Assembly (NCBI GenBank): GCA_013239625.1
Contig: MU054187.1
Coordinates: 11,553,231-11,617,230 of the forward strand
Origin: Lama guanicoe
Lineage: Eukaryota
DNA length: 64,000 nucleotides
Direction: 5' to 3'
This document shows, piece after piece, positions 51,880 to 64,000 of the stretch (the stretch's first letter is position 1; every line of letters begins with the position of its first letter). A model generated the notes under the pieces. It did no database searches, had not been told where the DNA came from, and saw only the letters and a list, made by a program, of their open reading frames with translations. A program made the position numbers and the translations under genes.

Positions 51880-52545
51880 TTACCCCCATACCATTCTTCA
51901 GCCTCAGTATCTCATATTTGTCACTTATTTTTCTTTCCTACTACAGCTGCCTTAGTCTGGGTTCTCATCATCTCCCCCTGTATCATTACAATAACTTCCT
52001 CCTCCTTGTGTTCTCCTCCAGTCTTTTTTCATGTTGCTAGATAAACTTTTCTAAAATAAAGATGCCTTCTTGTTTCAGTCTCCCCTCCATCATCTGCCCA
52101 CCACCCTCCATGTCCCCCACTAGCTGACAGTGCAGAATATAAAGTTGTCTACCTCATCATCTCTCCTCCTTCTGCTTCAACAGCAACTCTCCATCCTCCA
52201 CACACACATGCCTCCTGTACCACAGAGCCACATTTAACTGCCTCCAGTTCTTTATAAGTTTTGACCTGTCCACCTAACTAACTCATTAACATCCTTTAAG
52301 ACACAGCTCAGGAGTCACCTCCTCTCTGAAGATTTTTCCAGCCATAGCCCTCCCAGCAACCACAAAGAGGTTATTCTCCCAACATGTACTACACATACAT
52401 TGCATAATACCTTATTTTCTCATTTGTCTACTGTCCAGTTTCTCTTCTTTGAGAAGCTGATTCATCTGATTTGTCTTTACACCCACCACACCTAACTCAG
52501 GACTTGGCATGCAGCAGATGCATCATACTTATTGAATGAATAAAT
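51880..52545 (+). mobile_element. L2 fragment
   Basis: ctcatcatctcccc...aataacttcct...cctttaagacacagctcaggagtcacctcctct...gacttggcatgcagcagatgc...ttattgaatgaataaat. Confidence 0.6.
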
Positions 52546-52788
52546 AAAACACAACAGAATGAGATAAGGGTCTAAGGACCGCACTAGACAAAATTCTTAT
52601 GTAGTCAAATTGCTCCTTACATCTCTAAAGTGATTTTAAAGGATGGCATATGTGGTTTTAGATACACCAGATCATCTTTTAGGAAGCCAGTTTTTTCCCA
52701 GCACTGGAGCAAATAACTAAAGTTTTGTTTACACTACGAATTAAATATTTGGCTTGCATTTTTAAGCTATAATGTTAAAAAAAAAAGT

Positions 52789-52940
52789 GGGGGAGTAGGG
52801 TATAGCTCAGTAGTAGAGTGTGTACCTAGCATGCACAAGGTCCTGGGTTCAATCCCCAGTACCTACATTAAACAAACAAACAAACAAACTTAATTACCTT
52901 CCCCAAAAAATTAAAAAATAAAAATTAATTTTTTAAAAAA
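52789..52940 (+). mobile_element. tRNA-derived camelid SINE (Vic-1-like)
   Basis: gggtatagctcagtagtagagtg...caaggtcctgggttcaatccccagtacc plus tail ...ttaattacctt. Confidence 0.9.
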
Positions 52941-55484
52941 GAAACAAATGTGGGGATTTGGTGGGGTGGGGATGAGGATGATAGTGGTAGAACAGAGAAT
53001 GCATATTTGAATTCAGCTAAATGTGTGGAATGTAAAATTCTATCATAAATCTTATTTACAAAAAAACAGATACCAGCATAAACTAAAAAATCCATAAATC
53101 CAATGCACAACAAAGGCTGTCAATAAAGTAGCATTGCTTAAATGATGGGTCAGTTATATTTGTGGATAAATAGAAATATCCAAATCCAGGATGCCTAAAG
53201 AGAGACAAAAACTCTTTCTGTTCGCAAACATCCTCGTAATTGACTAACATTCCCGAGAGACGGAGCGTCTAAATTAGAAATATCCCACACACTTCTCTCA
53301 ACCTCACTCAACTTCTAGTGGCTGCCTTGAGCTCTGAGTTAGAACAATTCTAAGGCCACGTGTGAACTCAGAAAAGAGGACTAACAGTGACATCAAGCCA
53401 TCTTCATATAAAATGTGACCCATAAATCGTAGAAGACCTGAGCAAAGAAGCTTGGGGGTAGGGGAAGGAGAGGGACCTGAATTAATTTCTCAGATTAACA
53501 TCAAAAACTTCCCAGGTTAGGCCAGACTCAGCCAAGTACACAATGATGGGAAACAACAGTTGCTAGAACTAGGGTGGCTCCCCTCAGCGAGCAGCCAAAT
53601 GAAGCTGGCTGATAAGGAAGTCATGGGGACCCAGGGGAGTCACGGTGAAATCAGTATATGGGTCTGACGCTGGCTGAACCAAAGTCAGAGTTAAGAGTTA
53701 AACTTATAATATAGCTATTTTTAAGATGATGATAATGATGATGATAATAATAATAATAATAGTGGTAATTAAAAAAAAAACCTTTTGTAAGAGTTAAACT
53801 GGTTCTGGGTGAAGCAAGATGGGAAAAGAGGTCAGGCAGGGACCAGGTGGACGGAGGAGGGACCAGGCATTGAACATCTAAGATGCAGAGACCAAGGCCT
53901 CCCTCCTGGAACTGGCATGCAAAGGCTAACACAGGATGAGGCAATCTTGGCCCTCAAGAGTAAGGCCCTGAGAAAATGAGATTCACTGATAGGAAAAACT
54001 CAGCTGAGAAGAGAAAGGCTGGGTGTGTGGAACAGAGCCTGTAAAGATCTGAATGGGGTACCACAGTCCATGGCCAGGAGGAGACAGCACGGAGGTCCTG
54101 GGTGAGAGGAGGTGAGCCTGCCTAAATGAGGGAGGTGCACAGAGTGGAGACAAACGCAGGCAGGCCGCTCTGATTGCCATAGACAGTCCCTGAATCTGAC
54201 AACTGGTCCCATTGTCCAAACTCCTGCAGAAAAGCAAGGAGATAAAGGAGCCCTGGGGATTTTCAACCATTAGAAGGTGTTGATCCAGGAGACATGGATA
54301 CAGTAGATGCTGGAGCAGCAAAAAGGAGAAAATGGAAATTAACTGATTAAAAGTCCTAAAAGACCAACGCAGAGAGGAGGAAGCTCCTGAAAGAAACTCG
54401 CCATATTTTTAAACGTGAAGGGACAAGGGAATCACTGAAAACATGGGACAATATCCTCTGAAGCCGGCAGTTAGGAGTGAGGGCAGAGGAAACAAAAGAG
54501 GTTAAACTCAGCTTCATTCGTGGTGCCCATTCTTGCAAGCACTGCTCATAGGAGATTGGGTGAAGGACAAGACTGAAACTAGAGGCTTAAATGGACCCTG
54601 GGGGATTATCAGGTTAACACTCATTAGCATGGAAAACGGAGAGCCGGTTACAAGAAGCAACGGAGTCAAGAAGAGTCTCAAAATCACTTTTCTGTGGCAA
54701 GTGGACTATCCAGGCAGCTGGGAGGATCATTTTTTTTTTTTTTGAATCGTGAGAGGAGAAAATGTCACGATCCCACAGTAATGATAGAGCAACAAAGGGA
54801 AACGACCTCTCCAGCTGTTTTTAAAGGGCTGACAGTGCCCTTCGGCTCCATCTAGTTCCAGAAATTATACACCCGTGAAAACTGCGAAGCGGCCCCGAAC
54901 AAAGGAGCCCTATTTTCCATTCTTTACCTACTCCTACTCTTACTCCAATCTGCAGAGGCAAAAATAGAATGCTGCTGCTCTAATACTGGGCATAACCAGG
55001 AGGAGAATGCCTCCGGCAAGAACACCAATAGAAAATATACGTTACTTTTGGATTATAAAAAAATCACACCCAGTGCTTTACACAACATCAACAGAAAGAA
55101 AATCATACTTTAATCAAGTGGAACGAACTATCCCTAAAACAAAACTTTGTAATGATACAAATGAATGAACCTTCACTAAGACAGAAATATCCCACGTGAT
55201 TGGCTCTCCCCTGTAATTAAGAACACTGTAAGCAGGTTTTCACTTATTTTTCAGAATAATGACTATGGTTAGTGGACTACCATGGTCATCTCCCAATTAA
55301 CGGTTTACACAGTGAAAAGCAAAATTGTGAAAAGATTTTACAAATTCTTAGGTCCATGTGTGAAATGGTTCATCAACATTTAGACATACGGGTAAACAGT
55401 AAGAACTGCAAAGCCGACATTCACTGTTCTGCTGTCTATTATTTTTAATACCTGCAATTATAAAAATTAAGAAGATTTTGAGTG

Positions 55485-57072
55485 AACTAATATTTGACAA
55501 GGGAGTTAAGAATACTGAATGGGGAAAAGAGTCTCTTCAATAAATGAACCCTTGCTATTCCCATACAAAAGAATGAAACTGGACTCCTATCTTACACTGC
55601 TCACAAAAATTAACTCAAAATGGATTAAGGACTTAAATGTAAGACCTGAAGCTTTAAAATTCCTAGAAGAAAACATAAGATAAAAGTTCCTCAACATTGA
55701 TCTTGGGAATTATTTTTTGGCTATGACATCAAAAACGTGAGCAACAGAAGCAAAAATAAACAAGTACACCTACATCAAACTAAAAATGTTCTGCATAGCC
55801 AAAGAAACAATCAACGAAATGAAAAGGCAATTTATAGAATGGAAGTAAGTATTTGCAGACCATGTATCTGGTAAGGAGTTAATATCCAAAATATATAAGG
55901 AACTCATACAGCTCAATAACAAAAATTAAAAATCTGATTTAAAAATGGGCAAAAGACTTAAGTAGACATGTCTCCTCCAAAAGAAGACCTAAAATTGCCA
56001 ACAGGTATATAAAAGGATACTCAACATCACTGATCATCAGGGAGATGCAAATCAAAACCACAATGAGATATCACCTCACACCCGTTAGAATGGTTATAAA
56101 AAAAAAAAAAGATGTGGTGATGGATGTTAATCATACTTACTGTGGTGAATATTTCACAATATATACACATACTGAACTATGCTGTACACCTAAAACTAAT
56201 GTTATGTACCAATTATATCTCAATTTAAAAATGAAAAAAAAAAAGACAACAGATAACAAGTGCTGTTAAGATGTGGAGAAACAGAAACTCGTATGCACTG
56301 TTGGTGGGAATGTAAGTTGGTGCAGCCACTATGGAAGACAGCGTGGATGTTCCTCAAAAACTTAAGAATACAATTACCTTATGATCCAGTAATCACACTT
56401 CTGGGTATATGTGCAAAGAAAGTGGAAACACAATCTCGAATAGATATCTGCAAGCACATGTTCATTGCTGCATTATTTACAACATCCAAGACATGGAAAC
56501 AACCTAAGTGTCCAACAACAAATGAATGGATAAAGAAAATATGGTTTATACAATGGAATATTATACAGCCATGAAAAGGAGGAAGCCCTGCCATTTGTGA
56601 CAGCATGGATGGAACTAGAGAACATTTTGCTATGTGAAATATGTCAGACAGAGAAAGATAAGTGCTGTATGTTTTCCCTTATATGTGGAATCTGAAATAA
56701 AATAAAATAAAAACAACAAAACAAAACAAAACCTGATAGTAGATTGATTGGTTGCCAGCAGCAGGAGTGTCAGGGAAGGTGGCCAAAGAATACAAACTTC
56801 CAGTTATAAAATGAACAATTTCTGGGGATCTAATGTGCAATATGATGACCATAGTTAACAATCTTTTATTGTATACTTAAAAGTCACTAAGGGAGTATAT
56901 CATAAAAGTTCTCATCACCAAAAAAAAGTGGTAACTATGTGAAGTGATGAATGTGCCAATTTTACCATGGTCTTCATTTCTCAAAAGACACAAATATCAA
57001 ATCATCACATTGACTATACACCTTAAACTTACACAATGTTGTATGTCAATTAAATATCAGTAAAAAAAAAAA
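55485..57072 (+). mobile_element. 5'-truncated L1 (ORF2 C-terminus plus 3' UTR), decayed, with a small L1 3' piece inserted at about 56111-56245
   Basis: Translations [16 protein letters not shown] and [15 protein letters not shown]...IQLPYDP...MFIAALFT..KTWKQPKCP are L1 ORF2 C-terminal motifs; poly(A) at about 57062. Confidence 0.93.
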
Positions 57073-58829
57073 AGCTGGAAACAGTTTTTAAAATTAACTT
57101 TTACAAAGATTTCAGACAATTTCCTTAGTGTTCTGAAAAATTTAACAAATTCTGTCAACTAAATTAGCATCAGAGGCATAACTGGCCAGAGGCCAATGAG
57201 CTAATACATGCAGAAACATTTGTGAACATGTCATACTGATACAAGGCACTTCTGTTCGGGTTTGTGTGTGTGTGAATATGTATTTTATTCATTTTTAAAA
57301 GTCTTTTCCAGTTTTATGAAATTATAATAACAAATAGAGAGTGTATATATTTAAAGCATGACGGTTTCATGTATAGCTCCACTGTTACTAGTATTGTGGC
57401 TTTAAAAATTCTTCTGGACTATAGGGATTAAAGAAGAAATGGAGACACCAGGAAAAGAGGTATATCTTATATTGTCATCCTTCAATAACTAACCCCACCC
57501 CCAAAAACATCTTCTATCTAACAAGGAAGGAAAATAGGACAATGAGAAATGCCTTCAAACTAAGATGTGACTAGACTCATTATGTAACTATCTTTCTAAA
57601 AATAAGAAATAAAAATAAGCTTCAGTGTACTTTCTACAGATTATTTAGATGCCCAAGATGCTTGTGTTATATCAAAAAAAGAGCTTTAAGCCTAAAAAAG
57701 ACCACTAAATTGTGTATTTATTTGTGTGTGGATGTGGTCACCTCACACTTACCAAGGGAAGATATTTAAAGGAAGACTGAGTGTGAGCTGAGCACTAACC
57801 TCCTCCCAATAGAAATATTCTGTTAAACAGATACAGACATGGAATAAATTATTTCCACACTGTGAACCACAGATACGATGTTGAGTGTAAAAGTAGTGGA
57901 AAGAAGAAGAGAATAGAGGAGAGAGATGCTGTGCTCAGGTAGGAGGCACCAGCCACACTGAAATGAGAGGACAGGACGGCTGGACAGAGTTTTCTGAGCG
58001 CCGCCACTGTGGGTGGTGGTTGAGGACAGACATAAAAGCCATGGAATTAACTAGTCTCAAGACTCCAAATGGAACTCTGGCGTACAGTTGTTGGCCCCAG
58101 AACTGACTCAGCCTTCCAGTGACTTTGGGAGGTACAGAAATGAATCAGGACTCCAGGGGCTGGAGCAGGCTGATTCCTTTTTAAGAAAAGACCAATGTCA
58201 ACAGATTAATTGGTCAGAATTTGACCCATCCATGAGGTTTATCCCACACTTTTCTTTTTTTTTGCCTAATTTGGATTTTTTTTAATATCCCACACTTTGA
58301 AGTGACAAAAGATGCAATGAGTAATTAGAATTGATTATATCTAAACAGGAATATGGATATATCTTAGGAGGGAATTTGTGAAATAAAAAGTTCTGTTGAA
58401 GTCATATAAGACTTTTTTTCCTTTGGCAATGTTGCTGTATTATTTTTGCAATTTCAAAAGCAATTACAAGAAAAGCCAAAAAATGATGATTTGTGAGACA
58501 ATATTTACAACTTACATCACAAAGAACTAATATAGGAAAAATTCCTTAAACTTGAGAAAAAAAGAATAAAATCCCTGTAGAAAAGAAAAGCTTAAAAAAG
58601 TTTTCAGAAAAAGCAAGTTCATTTGCTTGTTAACATATGAAAAAGACATTTAACCTCGACTCAAAATAAGAGAAATAAAAATTAAACCTGCACTGAGATA
58701 TAGTTTCTCAGATGTCAGATTGGCAAAAATCCATATGCTTGAGACTGCACCTTCCTGGTGATGCTGCTGGGAAATCAGCACTCCCATACATTACTGGTGG
58801 GATACAGAAAAGGGCTTCAAAATTATAGG

Positions 58830-61280
58830 TTCTTTTAAGTATCTAACCCTCTGCAGTAGAAAATCCAGTCTCCCCCATTCCCCTGCTCCTATCCCTTGGC
58901 AACCACTCATCTATTTTCTATCTCCATAGATTTATCTGTTCTGGACATTGCATATAAATGGAATAGCATAAATATGGTCAGTTGTAACTGGCTACTTTGA
59001 CTTAGAAAAGTATATCAAAATCTGTGCTGCTTTCCTGTGGCTTCCATAACAAACAACCACAAGTTGGACAACTTGAAACAACAGAATTTTATTCTCTCCT
59101 AGTTCTCAGGACCAGAAGCCCAAAATCAAGGTATCAGTAGGGACAAGCTCCCTCCAAAGGTTCTCAGGGACTCTTGGTTCTCTCCTCCAGCTTCTGGTGG
59201 CTCCAGGCATTCCTTGACTGGTGGCCACACCACTCCAATCTCTACCACCTGCCTCTTCTCTTTCTGTCTTCTGTGTGTCTCTTATAAGGACACTTGTTAT
59301 TGGATTTAGGGTCCACTCTAGATAATTCAGGATGATCTCATTTCAAGGTCCTAACCCAATTACATATGTAAAGAACTTTTTTCCAAATAGACATTCACAG
59401 GTTCCAAGGATTAGGACATGGACATATCTTTGTGGGGGCTCATTCAACCCACTACAGTCTGTCCTCAGACACACAAAATTTCACATCCATCCACATGCAA
59501 AATACATTCACCCAATCCCAACATCACCAAAAGTCTCAACCCATTGTAGCATCAACCCTTAAGTCCAAAAAATCTCGTCTAAATGTCATCAATTCATAAG
59601 TCCCAAATTTTTATCATCTAAGTCATCTAAATCAGGTATGCATGAGACTATGGGTGTGAGTCATCCTGGGGCAAAAATTCTTCTCCATCTAGCAATTTTG
59701 AAATCCAGCAGGGCAAGTTTTCTTAGGTTTTAAAACCTAGGTGTAATCCTCTGTGTTCTGTGTCTGGTGGCTCCACTGCCCCCTGCCTCCATGCCTGTGT
59801 CTCCACACTCAGGGCCCAAGGCTCTGCCCTTGGAGTCATTCTTCCTTTTTTTTTTTTGAGAGTAGAACATGTTTGCAGCTGAGTAGCTCTGTCATCCATT
59901 TCCTGCCTGTAGGATGTTGGAAGTTCAACAGCCTTCTTTCTTTGAGTCCAGCCTCTGTCACTTTCAGTCCGAGCTAGCCATGTTCCTGCTGATATAACAT
60001 CCTCAAAACCTGTGAGTCTTCTGTGTATGTCATGGAGCAACACATCATTAGATAAGAGGGCTTTCCATAGATCCTTCCTGGGTAATCTCATCTCAATTCC
60101 TGACTTCTATTGAGATGTTTGATGGGATCCATGAGTCATATGCGTAGTATTTTCAGCAAAGAGTTGTCCAGCCAGCCACACTCTAACCTTTTCTCCAGAG
60201 CATGCTTTCCTAATAGTGAATTTCCCAAGTTTAGCATCTTTTGCAATCTGAGAAGGCTGAGAATTTCCCAGTCATTAAGTACTAGTTCCATTCTGTCTAA
60301 TAGTTTCTTCCTCAATTTTTTGCTTTCCTTTGGCATTTTACTACAAGCAGCAAGAAGAAGGCAAGCCATACCTTCAACTCTGCTTGGAAATCTCCTTGGC
60401 TAAATACCCAAGTTTATCACTTATAAGTTCTATTTCCTACAAAACTGCAAAACACTATTCAGCCAAGTTCTCTGCCATTATAACAAAGATCACCTTTCCT
60501 CCAGTTACCAGTGATGAACACACTTCATTTCCCTTTGAGCCCTCATCAAAAGTGCTTTCAGTATCCAAATTTCTATCAACATGTGTTCATGATGATATAT
60601 GTATCTCTAAGATGATAGATGATATCTCTGCCATGCTCTCACTTCTTTCTGAGCCCACACAAAAATCACATTTAATGTCCATATTTGTACTAATAGTCTC
60701 TTCAAAGCAGTCTAGGCTTTTCTATTATGTGTCTCAAAATTCTTTTTTGATAACCTCTAGCCATTACCCAATTTTAAGCCACTTCACATTTTCAAGTATT
60801 TTTTATATCAGCACCCCACTTCCTGGTACCAAAATCTGTATGTATCAGACTTCATTTCTTTTTGTTGCCAGATAATATTCCATTATATGAATCTATCACA
60901 TTTTTAATCCATTCATTAGTTGACAGACATTTGGATTGTTTCCACTTTGGGGCTATCATGAATAATCCTGCTGTGAACATTCCTGTACAAGGGCTTTCTG
61001 TGGATATGTTTTCATTTCTCTTGAGGATATAACGAGTGGAATTGATATATCCTATGGTAACTCTATTTTAACATTTTGAGAAACAAACTGTTTTCCAAAG
61101 TGGCTGCACCATTTACAATCCCACCAACAATGTATGAGTGTTCCAGTTTCCCCACATCTTTATAAATACATGTTATTCCCTATTTTTTTTTTTGACTCTG
61201 GCCATCCTAGTGGGGTTAAGTGGTATCTCAGTATGGCTCTGATTTGCATTTCCCTAATAACTAATAATGTTAATCATCTA
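58830..61280 (-). mobile_element. L1MB-like antisense fragment split by a MaLR provirus (L1 parts about 58830-59022 and 60840-61280)
   Basis: cccttggcaaccactcatct...ctgttctggacatt..atataaatggaat; ataatattccattatatg...ttttccaaagtggctgcacc. Confidence 0.85.
59023..60836 (-). mobile_element. MaLR provirus remnant: MLT1C-like LTR (59023-59456) plus MLT1 internal region (59457-60836); the other LTR is missing
   Basis: LTR ...aacaacagaatttattctctc..agttc...cattcaacccactaca; internal region begins on the minus strand GATTTTGGTACCAGGAAGTGGGGTGCTG, typical of the MaLR internal 5' end. Confidence 0.85.
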
Positions 61281-61609
61281 CCTTTTAAGAAGAAACAATG
61301 CATCCTCAATGATAGATGATAGAATGCTCCCTTTTCCAGAAGAATGCAATATAATAAACATACAATAAATATAGGAAGAGAAATACAATTGAAAATTCAC
61401 TGTTTTCCAAACCTTAATAAAGACATTGATTCCAGCAAGGATCATCAATGAATGCTAAAAAATAAAAAAATAAAAAATCAGCAAGTGAGGATGATTGTGC
61501 AATAGGATAGTCACAAGGTACAGAAGAATCACCCCACATGTTCCTTGCTGATGCTAATTGGAAAGTACAGTTATAATGGTAAGATCTGCTGATCGTCACC
61601 TTCACCAAG

Positions 61610-62453
61610 TGTGATGAACTGAATGTTTGTGTCCTCTCAAAATTCATACAGTAAAGCCCTAACACTTAGTAAGGCTGTACTTGGAGAGGGGACCTCTAAG
61701 AAAGTGATTAAGATTAAATGAAGTCACAAGAGTGTTAAAGAAAAGTGTGTTACAGCTCAGTTGTGACAGTAACCTGGATCCAGGCAAGAGAACAAGCGAC
61801 ACTCAGAGGGTTGGAGAACTCAGGTTTATTACACCAGTGGGCCCAGAGGAGTTAACACTCCAAGCTCTGGACCCCAGACTGCAGGTTTACACAGGCTTTT
61901 ATAGGCTGCCAGTTTACACTTTGCAACATCATATGCAAATAGGGTATAACAAGAGTTGACTAATTAGGAACAAGATTTGTAGAAATGGACCAATCAGGAG
62001 TTCGCTCAGGGAACCAACAGAATTTTAGGGGTAAGTTCCACTTTCCTAGAAGTAAGCCATTTCCGAGGCAAAAAGTGAGATAAAGCCGCTGGGCCAGGGA
62101 ACAACATGGTGCTGGCAGGAGAGTAGTGGCCCTGCCTGGGGGTCCTGCCAGTCTTTTTTATGGGGCTTCCTGCCTCAAGAGTGGGGCCCTGATCTCATAG
62201 GACTAGTGTCCTTATAAGAAGAGATACCGGAGAACTTGCTGTCCCTCTCAACACACACACCAAGGAAAGACCATGTGAAGTCACAGCATGGGGGCAGCCC
62301 TCCACAAGCCAGGAAGAGAGCCTTCCCTGAGAACCGACACTGCTGTATCTTGATGACAGACTCCTCACCTCCAGAACTGCAAGGAAATAAGTGTCTGTTG
62401 TTTAAGCATCAGTCTGTGGTATTTTGTTCCAGAAGTCTGAGCAGACTAACACT
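61610..62453 (+). mobile_element. MLT1A-like LTR (TSD ccaag) inside an old L1 3' UTR, split by an ERV LTR
   Basis: tgtgatgaactgaatgtttgtgtcc...; ...ctccagaactgcaaggaaataag...agactaacac; ccaag at 61605-61609 and 62454-62458. Confidence 0.85.
61733..62177 (-). mobile_element. Solo LTR, probably class I (ERV1) and lineage-restricted
   Basis: Minus strand TG...CA termini (TGAGGCAGG...TTTAACA), 4-bp TSD agag (61729-61732, 62178-62181), TATAAAA (61903-61897), AATAAA (61830-61825). Confidence 0.85.
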
Positions 62454-62888
62454 CCAAGTAATCAAAGCTAGCATTGCTAAAAGCAAAACAACTTGCAATA
62501 TGAAATACATAGCATGACCCCTGAAGGGGTTCATGCCAAAACTGTTTACCCTGAATCTAAATAGGCCATTCACTCTAACTGCCAGTTTATAAAAATACAC
62601 GTCAAGGTTCTGGAAGGTAACAGTAGGCTCAAACTACTACTTAAAAAATACTAAGGGGCGGTAATTTGGCTTCTGGTTAAGATGGGATAGCAAAGCTCAG
62701 ATTTGTCCTGCTTCCTGAAAAAAACAAGCAATGGACAAAATATGTAAAATGAGAGCTTTCATTGCCTGGACATCATTTAAGTTTTTTTTTAAAAAAAATG
62801 TCCTGATATGCTTGCCTTTCAAAAAGCATCAGCCATTTAGAGGAACACACGATGCCTCTGGGATTAAATTTATCAGCTGTAAAAATGA

Positions 62889-62901
62889 TGCTGACTCAGC
62901 A
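62889..62901. promoter_or_regulatory. Perfect T-MARE (Maf recognition element) TGCTGACTCAGCA
   Basis: Exact 13-bp consensus, extended to ATGCTGACTCAGCAT, in apparently non-repetitive DNA; function not shown. Confidence 0.5.
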
Positions 62902-64000
62902 TGGATTTATAGGAGCTGATTGCATTTTCTCTTCTCAACTCCCACATCTCTAATCCGGGAGCTGACCTGATTTATAGTAGAAACATTTTAGAAGGCAATG
63001 GAAAACAAATGCAAGAGGAAGAAAGCAAAGGGAAAAATCACTGCAAACCCACGTTACTGATAAAACTAAAGCGGTAGCCATAAAGTGATTTGGGAACACA
63101 AAGTGCCTGAAAGTATTATATGCATTTAATCAAAGTCAACCTCATAAACAATAAATGATATCCCGAAATATTTCACTAGCTTAAGGGATTTTTAATGAGA
63201 GAAAACATCCTAGTTTTCTCTAGAATGATTAAACCTATGAATAAACCATATGCTAAACCACAAACAAATTTTTTCACTTTTATCAGCCTCCTCTTGAGTT
63301 CCTGTTAACTGTTGTTATCAGAGTTTAGAATGATATGAGTCATCCTAGACAAGGATAAAAGCCTCAACCCACTCACCATACATTTGAGCCTGAAGGCTTT
63401 TGGCAGAAGATCCCCAGAAAACTGTTCAGCTGACCCAGAGATTAATCCGTTTATAAATGCATCCAGTCATCACTGAGTATGCCAGAGTTTTATTCATTTA
63501 ATGAATGCTGGTCTAATGCAAATCTGTATGTAGTTAAAAATAAAGGACCCCATTGAATCCTACTCAGGACTTTTTATTTTGCTCCTCAGCACAGGACTGC
63601 TATGGGTATGTCAATGTTATTTCCAGAATGATAGATTCCTAGACAATAATTCAAACATACTAATGATGATAGCAGGAGAACTCCACACACTTTGCTCCAA
63701 CCCCACTCATTAGGACTCTTAAGGATGGAGGAAAAAAGAAAGAAAGAAAGATACAGTCTACATACACAATTGACAGCGGTCAAACACATGCGGTTCTAAG
63801 CAAGACAGTTTTTCTTTTAAAAAGCCAGTTTGGATTGCAATTCCACAAAGCTGGAAATGCCATCAGGAGCCATCAAAAACATAAGATCTCAGACTTTGAA
63901 TTGTATCCAGTTTATATTCCCAGTGTTTGGCAAGGTGCCTGCCACATGGCAGGAGGCTGAACAAATAAATAAATGAGTTAATGTTCTAGACTGTGCTATT

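Noticed and set aside
56045..56606. ORFs with L1 ORF2 C-terminal motifs (also 4315-4527) as functional genes
   Set aside because: Fragmented, frameshifted, 5'-truncated L1 relics
60110..60875. 181-aa and neighbouring ORFs
   Set aside because: Lie within a decayed MaLR internal region, mostly antisense to it; no intact coding capacity evident

Overview
Mammalian, almost certainly camelid (alpaca/camel-type), genomic DNA, judged from eight copies of a tRNA-derived Vic-1-like SINE and cetartiodactyl-type L1 3' ends. The only supportable protein-coding gene is the 5' end of SLCO5A1 (OATP5A1) on the minus strand. It comprises a CpG-island promoter and probable non-coding exon 1 (about 32030-32345), a ~1.4 kb exon 2 (29037-30438) carrying a uORF-rich 5' UTR and the first 305 codons, and about 29 kb of intron 2 running off the left edge. 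The right half is upstream intergenic DNA. The rest is mostly interspersed repeats (L1, L2, MIR, MaLR/ERVL/ERV1 LTRs, hAT relics), often nested. Nearly all other ORFs in the track are spurious. I see no convincing new multi-gene system. The best leads are regulatory: an in-frame uORF ending four codons before the SLCO5A1 ATG, a perfect MARE clustered with OTX/CRX-type sites, a solo ERV LTR with an octamer-TATA promoter pointing at the gene, and several informative transposon rearrangements. Repeat family names and human comparisons come from recalled consensus sequences, not database searches.
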